Part shown: positions 42,991 through 53,339 of the stretch, in pieces | Layout of the letters: each line of letters starts with the position of its first letter | Position numbering within the stretch: the first letter of the stretch is position 1 | From: Candidatus Kapaibacterium sp. | Lineage (GTDB): Bacteria > Bacteroidota > Ignavibacteria > Kapaibacteriales > UBA2268 | Direction: 5' to 3' | NCBI GenBank assembly: GCA_963665665.1 | Contig: OY762428.1 | Span: forward strand, 3,424,001 to 3,488,000 | DNA length: 64,000 nucleotides | Position numbers and translations under genes: made by a program | Notes under the pieces: model-generated | Told to the model about the DNA's origin: nothing | What the model saw: only the letters and a program-made list of their open reading frames with translations | Database searches by the model: none

Positions 42991-43593
42991 ATGAAAGCTT
43001 CATATCTTTATATATTAGGCGCATTAGCGACAATTGCCGGGTATTATGCGTTTCAAAAGCAGCAGAAAAAGAACAGGAACAAAGAAAACAAAAAAGACTA
43101 TTCAAATATTGATTTCACAAAGGAATATTTCTTTGAGCCAAATTGGAAAAGAATAAAATTAGAATTGGTCGTAATTTTGATATTATGTATATCAATCTGC
43201 AATTATTATTTCCAAGATCCTGACTTTCAGAATATAGAAGAGCGGATTTTTTTTGGATCTTTTATATTTTCTGGTTTTTTGTTTATCTGGACGTTTATAT
43301 TCTTTATGTTCAATAAAAGGAAAGTTGTTATAAGTAAGAATCATTTATCGATATATTCCTTTTTTTCGACAAAACAGAAAAAAATTGATTGGGATGAAAT
43401 TGAATCTGCGAATGAATCTGCGAAATATCTTACACAGAATGACAAAATAAGAGTAGAAAAGAAAGCCCCCTCGAAATTTGACACAAATGTTGGCTTGATG
43501 CATTTCAAAAGTAATGATAAAAAAATGATAAAGGATTTAATTGATGCTAACCTGGAGAAAAGAGGTAAAAAAATTCAAGTAAGATATTGGTAG
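42991..43593 (+). CDS. Hypothetical membrane protein (possible PH-like C-domain)
   Basis: Three hydrophobic segments; KKIDWDEI motif. Confidence 0.65.
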   Translation: MKASYLYILGALATIAGYYAFQKQQKKNRNKENKKDYSNIDFTKEYFFEPNWKRIKLELVVILILCISICNYYFQDPDFQNIEERIFFGSFIFSGFLFIWTFIFFMFNKRKVVISKNHLSIYSFFSTKQKKIDWDEIESANESAKYLTQNDKIRVEKKAPSKFDTNVGLMHFKSNDKKMIKDLIDANLEKRGKKIQVRYW

Positions 43594-43916
43594 AATATGA
43601 TTTTCAAAAAATAATTCTTTTGGTCTTCAGACTGCTTATAATTGAAGCCTTTTCTATCTAAACTATATCAAATAAACAACTTAAGCTATTGATAAAATCT
43701 TTTAAAAAATTGATATTGAGGTTTTGATGGAGAATATATACAGTTTTGCGCCGCAGAAATTATTTGATTAATTGATTGTTTGTATTGGAATATTGGTAAA
43801 TATATTTCAGATACATCGAATATCATCCGAAATTTTACAATTGGAGCTAAAATTTTTTTAAAAGTAGAACTGATTGATTATATTAAATGGAATAGTTAAA
43901 TAATCAGGATTTATAG

Positions 43917-44150
43917 AACAAATTACTACGCAGGGCTGTAGAAAGAGAAATTGAAATTATCGGCTAAGCTATAAGCAGGATATTGAAACTTGATTTAAAC
44001 ATTGAAATTGAGAATGCAAGACAGATTGTTGACACAAGAAATTGGGTGATCGATGGTTACGATAAAGTTGATGATATTGTTGTCAGGGGAATTATTTCAA
44101 TTCATTTGCCAAAGCTTAAAAAGGATATCGAAAGATTGTTGGTTGTGTAA
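43917..44150 (+). pseudogene. DUF86/HepT-like HEPN RNase pseudogene
   Basis: NKLLRRAVEREIEIIG*AISRILK...IVDTRNWVIDGYDKVDD...HLPKLKKDIERLL; stop at 43965-43967; N-terminus lost. Confidence 0.8.
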
Positions 44151-44219
44151 AAATTATTTTCTTTGAATTTTTGATTTTCCTCTGTTTTTCTGTGGAAGCA
44201 TTTCACTTAAATATTTTTC

Positions 44220-45160
44220 AAAAAATTGTACATTTATAATTATTGAAATAAGAAAATATAAAAAACGTTCTACAAAATAGTCGGGACAATTTAAACGAGG
44301 ATACAATGCGTTACCTTGATCCAAAAAATGATTTAACTTTTAAAAAGGTTTTCGGGCAGAATCCTGATTTGTTGATTAGTTTTTTGAACGCGCTTATGCC
44401 TTTCGAAGAGAATCAATTTATTGAAAGCCTGGAATATCTGCCGCCAGAACTTGTTCCCGAAATACCGGGCCTGAAAAATTCGATTGTAGACGTCAGGTGC
44501 AGGGATAATTTCGGGAGACAGTTTATTATCGAAATGCAAATGCTCTGGACCGACAGCTTCAGGACAAGGGTGTTATTCAATGCATCCAAAGCTTATGTCA
44601 GCCAGTTGGAAAGGGGAAGTAAATTTGATTCGCTAACACCGGTTTATTCGCTAAACCTGGTAAATGACGAATACCTGCGGGACGATCCCGAATTCTACCA
44701 TCACTACCGAATTGTAAATATCCAAAATTCAGAAGACAGGATAGACGGTTTGGAGTTTATTTTCATTGAATTACCTAAATTCAGGCCCGAAACAATTACC
44801 GAAAAGCGTATGGCTGTGCTGTGGCTGCGCTTCCTGACGGAATTTGATAATGAAAACCCGGAAATAATTAATGCTCCTGAAACAGATGAAATCCGGAAAG
44901 CAATTGAAATACTTGAAGAATCCGGGTATTCAAGAAGGGAACTGGATGTATATGACAAATACTGGGACGCGGTTCGTGTGGAAAAGGCAATTAAATCCGA
45001 CTCTGAGAAAAAAGGACGGAAAGAAGGTAAAAAGGAAGGTAAGAAAGAAGGAATTGAAGAAACCATCGGCAAGGTAGTAATAAAAATGAATGATAAAGGA
45101 TATTCATTCGAAGAAATTTCAGAAGTAACAGGATTATCCCTGGAAAATATCAAAAGACTT
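44220..45160 (+). repeat. Tandem duplication unit 1 (upstream region + rpn gene)
   Basis: Near-identical to 45455-46370, offset 1235 bp; the 86 bp upstream of the ATG are identical. Confidence 0.95.
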
Positions 45161-45172
45161 ATACACAAATAA
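44306..45172 (+). CDS. Rpn family PD-(D/E)XK nuclease / putative transposase (copy 1)
   Basis: YLDPKNDLTFKKVFG, IVDVRC, IIEMQ, FIELPKF, KEG repeats, ISEVTGLS. Confidence 0.92.
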   Translation: MRYLDPKNDLTFKKVFGQNPDLLISFLNALMPFEENQFIESLEYLPPELVPEIPGLKNSIVDVRCRDNFGRQFIIEMQMLWTDSFRTRVLFNASKAYVSQLERGSKFDSLTPVYSLNLVNDEYLRDDPEFYHHYRIVNIQNSEDRIDGLEFIFIELPKFRPETITEKRMAVLWLRFLTEFDNENPEIINAPETDEIRKAIEILEESGYSRRELDVYDKYWDAVRVEKAIKSDSEKKGRKEGKKEGKKEGIEETIGKVVIKMNDKGYSFEEISEVTGLSLENIKRLIHK

Positions 45173-45454
45173 TTCACCTGAGAACATTGTACAAATAGAA
45201 TTTATACACCTGTTTTTTTTTGAGTATTTTATTTTTAGAATTGTGAACTTAGAGGATGAAAAAATGAAAATCAAAATTAAGGACAAATTCCAAAGAGCAA
45301 TTGAGGTTTAAATAATATTGACTTAGAATATCAGCCTGATAACTTACATGGATTTTATTTAATTGATTACATAGAAGGATCAGGAAGCGGATGGCAGTTC
45401 TATGATTAGATCATATTTTCAATTGAAGTATGAATAATTCTGAAATTACTTCTT

Positions 45455-46370
45455 AAAAAATTGTACATTTATAATTATTGAAATAAGAAAATATAAAAAA
45501 CGTTCTACAAAATAGTCGGGACAATTTAAACGAGGATACAATGCGTTACCTTGATCCAAAAAATGATTTAACTTTTAAAAAGGTTTTCGGGCAGAATCCT
45601 GATTTGTTGATTAGTTTTTTGAATGCGCTTATGCCTTTCGAAGAGAATCAATTTATTGAAAGCCTGGAATATCTGCCGCCAGAACTTGTTCCCGAAATAC
45701 CGGGCCTGAAAAATTCGATTGTTGATGTCAGATGCAGGGATAATTTCGGAAGACAGTTTATTATCGAAATGCAAATGCTCTGGACCGACAGTTTCAGGAC
45801 AAGGGTGTTATTCAATGCATCAAAAGCTTATGTCAGCCAGTTGGAAAGGGGAAGTAAATTCGATTCGTTAACACCGGTTTATTCGCTAAACCTGGTAAAT
45901 GACGAATACCTGCGGGACGATCCCGAATTCTACCATCACTACCGAATTGTAAATATCCAAAATTCAGAAGACAGGATAGACGGTTTGGAGTTTATTTTCA
46001 TTGAATTACCTAAATTCAGGCCCGAAACAATTACCGAAAAGCGTATGGCCGTACTGTGGCTGCGTTTCCTGACGGAATTTGATAATGAAAACCCGGAAAT
46101 AATTAACGCTCCTGAAACAGATGAAATCCGGAAAGCAATTGAAATTCTTGAAGAATCCGGGTATTCAAGAAGCGAACTGGATGTTTATGACAAATACTGG
46201 GACGCAGTTCGTGTGGAAAAGGCAATTAAATCCGACTCTGAGAAAAAAGGACGGAAAGAAGGAATTGAAGAAACCATCGGCAAGGTAGTAATAAAAATGA
46301 ATGATAAAGGATATTCATTCGAAGAAATTTCAGAAGTAACAGGATTATCCCTGGAAAGTATCCGGAACCT
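45455..46370 (+). repeat. Tandem duplication unit 2
   Basis: Near-identical to 44220-45160. Confidence 0.95.
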
Positions 46371-46383
46371 GTTACAGAAGTAA
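45541..46383 (+). CDS. Rpn family PD-(D/E)XK nuclease / putative transposase (copy 2)
   Basis: Same motifs; 8 aa shorter in the KEG repeat and a different extreme C-terminus. Confidence 0.92.
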   Translation: MRYLDPKNDLTFKKVFGQNPDLLISFLNALMPFEENQFIESLEYLPPELVPEIPGLKNSIVDVRCRDNFGRQFIIEMQMLWTDSFRTRVLFNASKAYVSQLERGSKFDSLTPVYSLNLVNDEYLRDDPEFYHHYRIVNIQNSEDRIDGLEFIFIELPKFRPETITEKRMAVLWLRFLTEFDNENPEIINAPETDEIRKAIEILEESGYSRSELDVYDKYWDAVRVEKAIKSDSEKKGRKEGIEETIGKVVIKMNDKGYSFEEISEVTGLSLESIRNLLQK

Positions 46384-46486
46384 ATCACATATCCATTCAG
46401 AAATAGTATTTTTCAGATTGATCGTATTTTTTCTTATTTTCTGATTGTGATTAAAAGCATTTTAAATAAGCATATCGGATTTTACT

Positions 46487-47023
46487 ATGAGACTGTTTGT
46501 CGGAACTTTTATCGACCCTGAAATATTCGAATACCAATACGAAGAACTGATCGACGACTTTTCCGGAATAACAAACGGGAAATGGGTGGAAAAAGAGAAT
46601 ATTCACTTTACATGGAAGTTTATTGGCGACTATGACGACAACAGGCTGAATGAAGTAAAAAACGCACTTAAACCCCACTGTGTAAGCCACGAGCTCCCGA
46701 TTGTGTTGAAGGGCATTAAGGTGATGCCAAATATTAAACGACCCAGAGTACTGTATGTTCCATTTTATTCCACCGGAGCATCCATAATAAAGATTCATGC
46801 CGGCATCGAAAATGCCCTGCTCCCACTGGGAATTGAAAAGGAAAAGCGGCCATTCAAACAGCATATCACTTTGCAAAGGCCAAAGGCACTTGATATTGCA
46901 AAATTTAAAGATATTAATACAAAATACAATGACTTCGAATTTGGCCAAATGCAGTCCTTCAGGGTTAATCTTATCCAAAGCGTTCTGACAAAATCAGGTC
47001 CGGTTTATAAAAAATTACTTTGA
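46487..47023 (+). CDS. thpR: RNA 2',3'-cyclic phosphodiesterase
   Basis: MRLFVG start, two HxT motifs (HFT, HIT), SVLTKSGPVY. Confidence 0.9.
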   Translation: MRLFVGTFIDPEIFEYQYEELIDDFSGITNGKWVEKENIHFTWKFIGDYDDNRLNEVKNALKPHCVSHELPIVLKGIKVMPNIKRPRVLYVPFYSTGASIIKIHAGIENALLPLGIEKEKRPFKQHITLQRPKALDIAKFKDINTKYNDFEFGQMQSFRVNLIQSVLTKSGPVYKKLL

Positions 47024-47420
47024 TATCAATATTCATTCGATGATTTTGAGCTATGATATTTTTTTGACAGGAAATGATTGTGGAGTTTTTTAAATATGTT
47101 TTTCTATTGCCGGTCATTTTCGCTTCATCCTTTTTTAATTTAGCGAATTCCATTTTTTAGATGTTCAATTATAATTGTAAATATCCTTGTTTACAGGTAT
47201 TTTTATCAGTAGAATTCTGGCTTTGCAGACTAAAATTTTGAAATGGATTTTTCGGCAACTTACTTCATAGTAGTAGTAGAATCTGATATTATTCTTAATT
47301 TTCGTAGATAAAATTCATTTGTCCATAGAATTTATATTTGATTTGATTGATAATAATTTTCATTTAATCATTATAGAATTATTTTAGTTGTCAAATATTA
47401 TTTTTCATTTGGAGACAGAT

Positions 47421-50400
47421 ATGAGAAACAGAATATTCAAAAAAGTTTTACTACTTATTCTTCTTGGCCTTTCGACGAATGTGGCTATTGCACAGACAAT
47501 AACATCGGTTAATCCAAATTCGGCATTCCAGGGAGAAACAGAACTGTCTGTAGAAATAATTCTAAGCCCGGATGGTATAGAGATGCCTCCGCCGGATGCT
47601 CCTGTTTCAAGTGTGATGATAGGAGAAATAGAAGCCAAATCATCTGAACGGAATGATACAGTTGTAACTGCCGTTTTTGAAATAGCTCCGGATGAAGAAC
47701 CGGGCTTAAAAGATGTAGAAGTTACGTTTGTTCCACCCCCGGATATGGGAGAACCATTAATCTTTTCACTGAAAAATGGCTTTACAATAAACGAACTGAC
47801 AGAAACAGCTCCGGTTATTACAACTCAGCCAAAGTCCCAGTCTGTAAGAATTGGAAATTCAATAACATTATTTGTCAAAGCATACGGTTCAACTCCGATG
47901 CAATATCAATGGAACAAAGATGGGGTTGATATTGCCGGTGCAACAGAATCAGGCTATACAATTGAGACCTTCAAAGAAAGTGATGCAGGAAGTTTCATCT
48001 GTAATGTAACTAATGACTTTGGTTCTGCGACTTCAGAAGAAGCAATATTGACAGTTAACCAGGCAAGTTATATTGGTAATTATCCAATCGTTGATACAGA
48101 TCAAACAACATTTTATAATAATTTTACAGTTATTTCTACTCCTTCAACGGGTGAGGATTTTTACGGACAGGATGCCCAATATCAAGGCAATCAGCCATCA
48201 TATACGGATAATGAGGACGGGACTGTAACCGACAATGTTACCGGGCTGATGTGGCAGCAGTCTTTTGACCATAATAATGACGGTGTAGTAAATTATGATG
48301 ACAAAATGAGCTACGATGAAATTTTATCAATGGTTAACGAGGGTGTTAGCTTTGCTGGCTATGATGATTGGCGTTTGCCAACAATTAAAGAACAATATTC
48401 TTTGATTATGTTCAGCGGCAAAGATATTAGCGGATATGAAGGCACGGACACAGATGACTTAACTCCGTTTATTAAAAAAGATGTTTTTGAATATGCCTAC
48501 GGAGATACTGAAGCAGGCGAAAGATTAATTGATGTTCAATGTGCAACAACAAATGAATATGTTGATAATTCTGATATGGTTTTCGGAGTAAATTTTGCTG
48601 ACGGGCGCATAAAGGGTTATGGAAAAACTATGATGGGACAGGCAAAAGCTTTTAACTATCTATTAGTCAGAGCTAATACGGAATATGGTGTCAACAACTT
48701 CAGGGACAACGGGGATGGAACCATAACAGATCAGGCTACCGGCTTGATGTGGATGCAGGACGATAACGGAGAAGCTGTTCTTTGGAAGGAAGCATTAAGT
48801 TATGCTGAAGGAATGGAGTTTGCCGGCCATGATGATTGGCGTTTGCCAAATGCTAAAGAATTACAAAGTATTCTGGACTATACCCGTTCTCCCGGAACAA
48901 CAAATTCAGCAGCAATCGATCCATTGTTTAACTGCACCGGAATTACAAATGAAGCCGGTGAAGCGGATTTTCCCTGGTACTGGAGCGGAACAACACATGC
49001 AAACTGGACGGAAGGACATGACGGCGGTTGGGGTGCTTATGTCTGTTTTGGCCGTGCTTTGGGAAATATGGAAGGCTGGCAGGATGTTCATGGCGCCGGC
49101 GCACAAAGAAGCGACCCAAAAGACGGCGATCCGGCAGAATACTCGGAAGGGCATGGCCCGCAGGGCGATGGAGTGAGAATTTACAACTTTGTACGATTGG
49201 TCAGAAACCTGAGTTCCTCATCGGGTACCGACAATTTCGAGTTAAATGAAACAGGACAGGACAAATGCTACGATACAGATGGTAATCAGATTGATCCTCC
49301 GAATGAAGGAGAGTCTTTGTTCGGCCAGGATGCTCAATTCGGGGAAAGCTTGTTTTCTTTCCGGGACAATGCTGACGGTACGATAACAGATAATAACACA
49401 GGCCTGATGTGGCAACAAATACCATCTGACCAGGATTTTTCCTGGCAGGAAGCTGTTGATTATTGCGAAAATCTTGAGCTGGCGGAATATGATGACTGGC
49501 GTATGCCAAGTGCCAAAGAATTATTCTCGATAAGTGATTTTGAAAGCGGTTGGCCATATTTAGATACCGAATATTTTATTCTTGCAAGTGGGCAGGTTAG
49601 CAAAGATGAGCAATATTGGACCAGTAATTATTACATAGGCAGGACTGTTGAAGGCGGCTACAACTCGGCTTTTGGTGTAAACCACGTAACCGGCCATATA
49701 AAAGCCTATTCTGCCAATGCACAGGGGCCGGTAGGAGGAAAATACGTGAGAGCTGTACGGGGAAATAGTTATGGGGAGAACGATTTTGTGGATAATGGAG
49801 ATAATACTGTTACAGATAAAGCCACTGGTCTTATGTGGGCAAAAAATGATGATGAGATTACCCTCGATTGGCCTGGTGCATTACTCTATGCAAAGAATTC
49901 GGAGTTAGCCGGCCATAGCGACTGGCGTCTGCCCAACGTAAAAGAACTCCAGAGCATTGTTGATTATTCACGTTCTCCCAGCGCTGAGGATACTGAAAAT
50001 ATTGGACCGGCAATAGACCCGATATTCAATTGTACACCAATTGTGAACGAAGCAGGAAATGATGATTATGGTTACTACTGGACATCAACATCTGCTAACT
50101 TCACCAGAGGGGAACCATATTATTATGCCTGGTATGTAGCTTTCGGAATGGCCGTTAATGGTGAAGGCGAAGATTTTCATGGTGCAGGCGGGGTTCGATT
50201 TGATACTAAAGTTGAGGGTGGCCCTTTGGGGGAAGGCGGAGAACGATACTATAACATGGTTAGGCTGGTAAGAGATATGAACGGAACAACAGGATTGATT
50301 GAGAATACGAACATCAGAGATCGGAAAAATAGCATGATAGAAAATTATCCCAACCCAGTGATGCAATCAACGAACATTTCGTTTAACCTGACTGAATCAG

Positions 50401-50588
50401 GTTTGGTTAAGATAATAATTATGAACAGTTTTGGAAATACAGTAGCAACGATAATTAATACTCAATTATCCGAAGGCATATATCAATACAAATGGGTTCC
50501 TGAAGAAATTATTCCGGGATCTTATCATTACATTTTAACTGTATCCGGAAAATATTTAGCCTCCGGAAAGATGGTTCTTATTCACTAA
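47421..50588 (+). CDS. Secreted protein with Ig-like domains, four DUF1566 (Lcl C-terminal-like) domains and T9SS-type C-terminal domain
   Basis: Four DNxDxTxTDxxTGLMW...DWRxPxxKE modules; PVITTQP...YQW Ig domain; NYPNP tail; GGAGA RBS before ATG 47421. Confidence 0.85.
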   Translation: MRNRIFKKVLLLILLGLSTNVAIAQTITSVNPNSAFQGETELSVEIILSPDGIEMPPPDAPVSSVMIGEIEAKSSERNDTVVTAVFEIAPDEEPGLKDVEVTFVPPPDMGEPLIFSLKNGFTINELTETAPVITTQPKSQSVRIGNSITLFVKAYGSTPMQYQWNKDGVDIAGATESGYTIETFKESDAGSFICNVTNDFGSATSEEAILTVNQASYIGNYPIVDTDQTTFYNNFTVISTPSTGEDFYGQDAQYQGNQPSYTDNEDGTVTDNVTGLMWQQSFDHNNDGVVNYDDKMSYDEILSMVNEGVSFAGYDDWRLPTIKEQYSLIMFSGKDISGYEGTDTDDLTPFIKKDVFEYAYGDTEAGERLIDVQCATTNEYVDNSDMVFGVNFADGRIKGYGKTMMGQAKAFNYLLVRANTEYGVNNFRDNGDGTITDQATGLMWMQDDNGEAVLWKEALSYAEGMEFAGHDDWRLPNAKELQSILDYTRSPGTTNSAAIDPLFNCTGITNEAGEADFPWYWSGTTHANWTEGHDGGWGAYVCFGRALGNMEGWQDVHGAGAQRSDPKDGDPAEYSEGHGPQGDGVRIYNFVRLVRNLSSSSGTDNFELNETGQDKCYDTDGNQIDPPNEGESLFGQDAQFGESLFSFRDNADGTITDNNTGLMWQQIPSDQDFSWQEAVDYCENLELAEYDDWRMPSAKELFSISDFESGWPYLDTEYFILASGQVSKDEQYWTSNYYIGRTVEGGYNSAFGVNHVTGHIKAYSANAQGPVGGKYVRAVRGNSYGENDFVDNGDNTVTDKATGLMWAKNDDEITLDWPGALLYAKNSELAGHSDWRLPNVKELQSIVDYSRSPSAEDTENIGPAIDPIFNCTPIVNEAGNDDYGYYWTSTSANFTRGEPYYYAWYVAFGMAVNGEGEDFHGAGGVRFDTKVEGGPLGEGGERYYNMVRLVRDMNGTTGLIENTNIRDRKNSMIENYPNPVMQSTNISFNLTESGLVKIIIMNSFGNTVATIINTQLSEGIYQYKWVPEEIIPGSYHYILTVSGKYLASGKMVLIH

Positions 50589-50712
50589 GAGAATTCTATC
50601 TGGATATAAACTGTTTTTTTAATCATTAAGATTTAAATAAAATAGTTTATATCCTGAATAGTTTTTTGAAACTATAAATTTCTTTATTTTGTAATGTAGA
50701 AAAGAAATAAGA

Positions 50713-51798
50713 ATGCAGAGACAAAATATTAAATTGGTAGAAAAAATATTATTGCTATTTGTGTGGATTCTTCTTTTATCTGCCCCAATGCTATTTACGG
50801 AATGGGATCTTTCAAATTGGAGAAGTTTTTTCCCTCCTTTGGCAATAATAATTTCACTTTTCATAGTGTTTATCATTAACCGTTTTGTATTAGTACCCGG
50901 GGCTCTGTTAAAAAAGAAATATATTCAATATATTTCTTATGTAACATTGACAATCACATTCTTCACTTTTTGCATTTTTTTTATTGAAAATAGTGATACC
51001 GATAAATCTCAGAGAATTAGACCGGATAACAATTTTAGATTGGAAAATCAATATTTTCAATCAAAGCACTCAATTTCAAATGAAAAGGAATTATCAGGTC
51101 CTAAGCATCTTCCTGAGTATGCCAATTTTCTGATTTTTGCGATATTATTAGTAGGATTCGATTCGGGGCTGAGACTTTCTTTTAAATTGATTGAATCTGA
51201 GAAAGAAAAATCGAGACTTGAAAAAGAAAATCTTGCCGCACAACTTGCTTTTCTAAAAAATCAGATCAGCCCGCATTTTTTTATGAACACATTGAATAAT
51301 ATTCATGCTCTTATTGATTTTGATACTGAAAAAGCAAAGGAGTCAACAATACGTCTTTCAAAATTAATGCGGCATCTGTTATATGAAGCAGAAAATCCAT
51401 CGATACCTATTGCTAAAGAAATTGAATTTGTAAGGAATTATGTTGATTTAATGAGATTGCGTTACAATGAAAAAGTAACGATCAGTTTGAATTTACCTGA
51501 ATACATACCTGAAAAATTCATACCTCCATTACTTTTTACTTCTTATCTGGAAAATGCTTTCAAGCATGGCATAAGTTATCAAAAAAATTCTGAGATATTT
51601 ATTTCGTTTGATTTTAATAATGATGTTATTACTTTTATAATAGAAAATACTAATAATAAAGAGTTAGATAATAATAGAAGTGGAATAGGAATAGAAAATT
51701 CAAAAAAGCGGCTTGAACTGTTATATGGCGATAAATATGAATTAAAAATTGATAGTATCAATGAAAAGTATATTGTAAATCTAATTATTCCATTATGA
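50713..51798 (+). CDS. LytS/YehU-type sensor histidine kinase
   Basis: TM helices, LKNQISPHFFMNTLNNI, ENAFKHG, GIGIEN. Confidence 0.92.
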   Translation: MQRQNIKLVEKILLLFVWILLLSAPMLFTEWDLSNWRSFFPPLAIIISLFIVFIINRFVLVPGALLKKKYIQYISYVTLTITFFTFCIFFIENSDTDKSQRIRPDNNFRLENQYFQSKHSISNEKELSGPKHLPEYANFLIFAILLVGFDSGLRLSFKLIESEKEKSRLEKENLAAQLAFLKNQISPHFFMNTLNNIHALIDFDTEKAKESTIRLSKLMRHLLYEAENPSIPIAKEIEFVRNYVDLMRLRYNEKVTISLNLPEYIPEKFIPPLLFTSYLENAFKHGISYQKNSEIFISFDFNNDVITFIIENTNNKELDNNRSGIGIENSKKRLELLYGDKYELKIDSINEKYIVNLIIPL

Positions 51799-52511
51799 TA
51801 AATTGTATAGCAATTGATGATGAGCCTTTAGCTTTAAGGCAAATGGTATCGTATATAAATAAAACGCCATTTTTAAATTTAATTGGCGAATTCGATAGTG
51901 CTTTGGCAGCCCTTGATTTTATCAAAAATAATGATCTGTGCTTAATGTTTCTGGACATAAATATGCCGGATATGAACGGAATAGATTTTGTCAGAACATT
52001 GAAAATAGCTCCAAAAGTTATTTTTACAACAGCATATAGCGAGTACGCTGTGGATGGATTTAAAGTAGATGCAATAGACTATTTGCTGAAACCAATTAGC
52101 TATGCCGATTTCCTGAAAGCTGCTGAAAAAGCCCGGGAAAGGATTCATGGAATTAACTCAGAGTCAAATTTATTAAAAAGTAACGATCAGTACTTGTTTA
52201 TCAAATCGGATTACAAAATATTCCGGATAAATTTGGCTGAAATAAAATATATTGAAGCTCAAAGGGAATATCTTAATATTTACATCGAAAATCAGAAACC
52301 TGTCTTAACTTTGATGAGTATGAAAAAAATGGAAAAGTTTTTACCAAGTGAACAATTTATGAGAATCCACAGGTCATATATTGTTAATTTGGATAAGATT
52401 AATGTAATCGAGCGATTTAGAATAATTTTTGATGACTCGGTATATATCCCTGTGGGAGAAAAATATAAAGCAGAGTTTCAAAAGTTTTTAGATGATAATT
52501 TCCTTTTATAA
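51795..52511 (+). CDS. LytTR family response regulator
   Basis: IDDEPLA, FLDINMP, FTTAY, DYLLKP, FMRIHRSYIVN. Confidence 0.95.
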   Translation: MINCIAIDDEPLALRQMVSYINKTPFLNLIGEFDSALAALDFIKNNDLCLMFLDINMPDMNGIDFVRTLKIAPKVIFTTAYSEYAVDGFKVDAIDYLLKPISYADFLKAAEKARERIHGINSESNLLKSNDQYLFIKSDYKIFRINLAEIKYIEAQREYLNIYIENQKPVLTLMSMKKMEKFLPSEQFMRIHRSYIVNLDKINVIERFRIIFDDSVYIPVGEKYKAEFQKFLDDNFLL

Positions 52512-52637
52512 ATAATTTTAGAGTTTTTCGGTAAGTTTAATTTCTGTAATTACCATATACTGTCCAATATTAATCTTTTCTATAACATTAATCCCTTTTT
52601 TACGTATTTTAAGAAAATTCTATAATTTGGGGATATA

Positions 52638-53339
52638 ATGCTATCAGTTAATAATCTTTCGAAAATATATAAAAGGCAAAGCAACCAGCTAAAGGCGCTA
52701 AATAATATTTCGTTTGAAGTTGAAAAAGGAGAATTTATTTCGGTTGTCGGGCGTTCTGGGTCCGGGAAATCCACACTGCTGAACCTGATTGGAGGGCTTG
52801 ATACACCTACTAACGGGGAAATACTCTTTAACGGGAAAAACCTGCACAGTATGAACAGGAAGGACAGGGAACTTCACAGACGTTTCTCTATTGGTATGAT
52901 ATTTCAATCATTTAACCTGATTCCTTATAGATCGGCCCTGGACAATGTAGCGTTGTCAATGATATTTGCCGGTTATAGCAAAAAGAAACGTCGGGAAAGG
53001 GCGGAAGAACTTCTTGATATAGTGGGTTTGTCACAAAGAGCCGGCCATAAGCCGTCCGAGATGTCCGGTGGGGAAAACCAGAGGGTTGCAATTGCAAGAG
53101 CCCTTGCTAATAAGCCCATGATGCTGCTGGCCGATGAACCAACCGGCAACCTTGACAGCCAGACCTCTGATAAAATATCTTCTTTACTGACTGACCTTAA
53201 TAAAAACCAGGGAATAACGATATTGATGATAACACATGAAAATGAGATTGCAGAAGCAGTATCTGACAGAATAATTACTCTTCTCGACGGAAAAATTCAG
53301 GATATAAGAAACATGGAGGCTGGCAATGAAGTTCTATGA
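52638..53339 (+). CDS. ABC transporter ATP-binding protein (LolD/MacB-like)
   Basis: GRSGSGKST, MSGGENQR, LADEPTGNLD, ITH. Confidence 0.95.
   Translation: MLSVNNLSKIYKRQSNQLKALNNISFEVEKGEFISVVGRSGSGKSTLLNLIGGLDTPTNGEILFNGKNLHSMNRKDRELHRRFSIGMIFQSFNLIPYRSALDNVALSMIFAGYSKKKRRERAEELLDIVGLSQRAGHKPSEMSGGENQRVAIARALANKPMMLLADEPTGNLDSQTSDKISSLLTDLNKNQGITILMITHENEIAEAVSDRIITLLDGKIQDIRNMEAGNEVL

Noticed and set aside
44306-46383. IS elements
   Set aside because: No terminal inverted repeats or target duplications seen; Rpn proteins are not established as autonomous transposases
47421-50588. Diversity-generating retroelement target (DUF1566 fold)
   Set aside because: No reverse transcriptase and no near-identical template repeat with adenine-specific mismatches seen in the window
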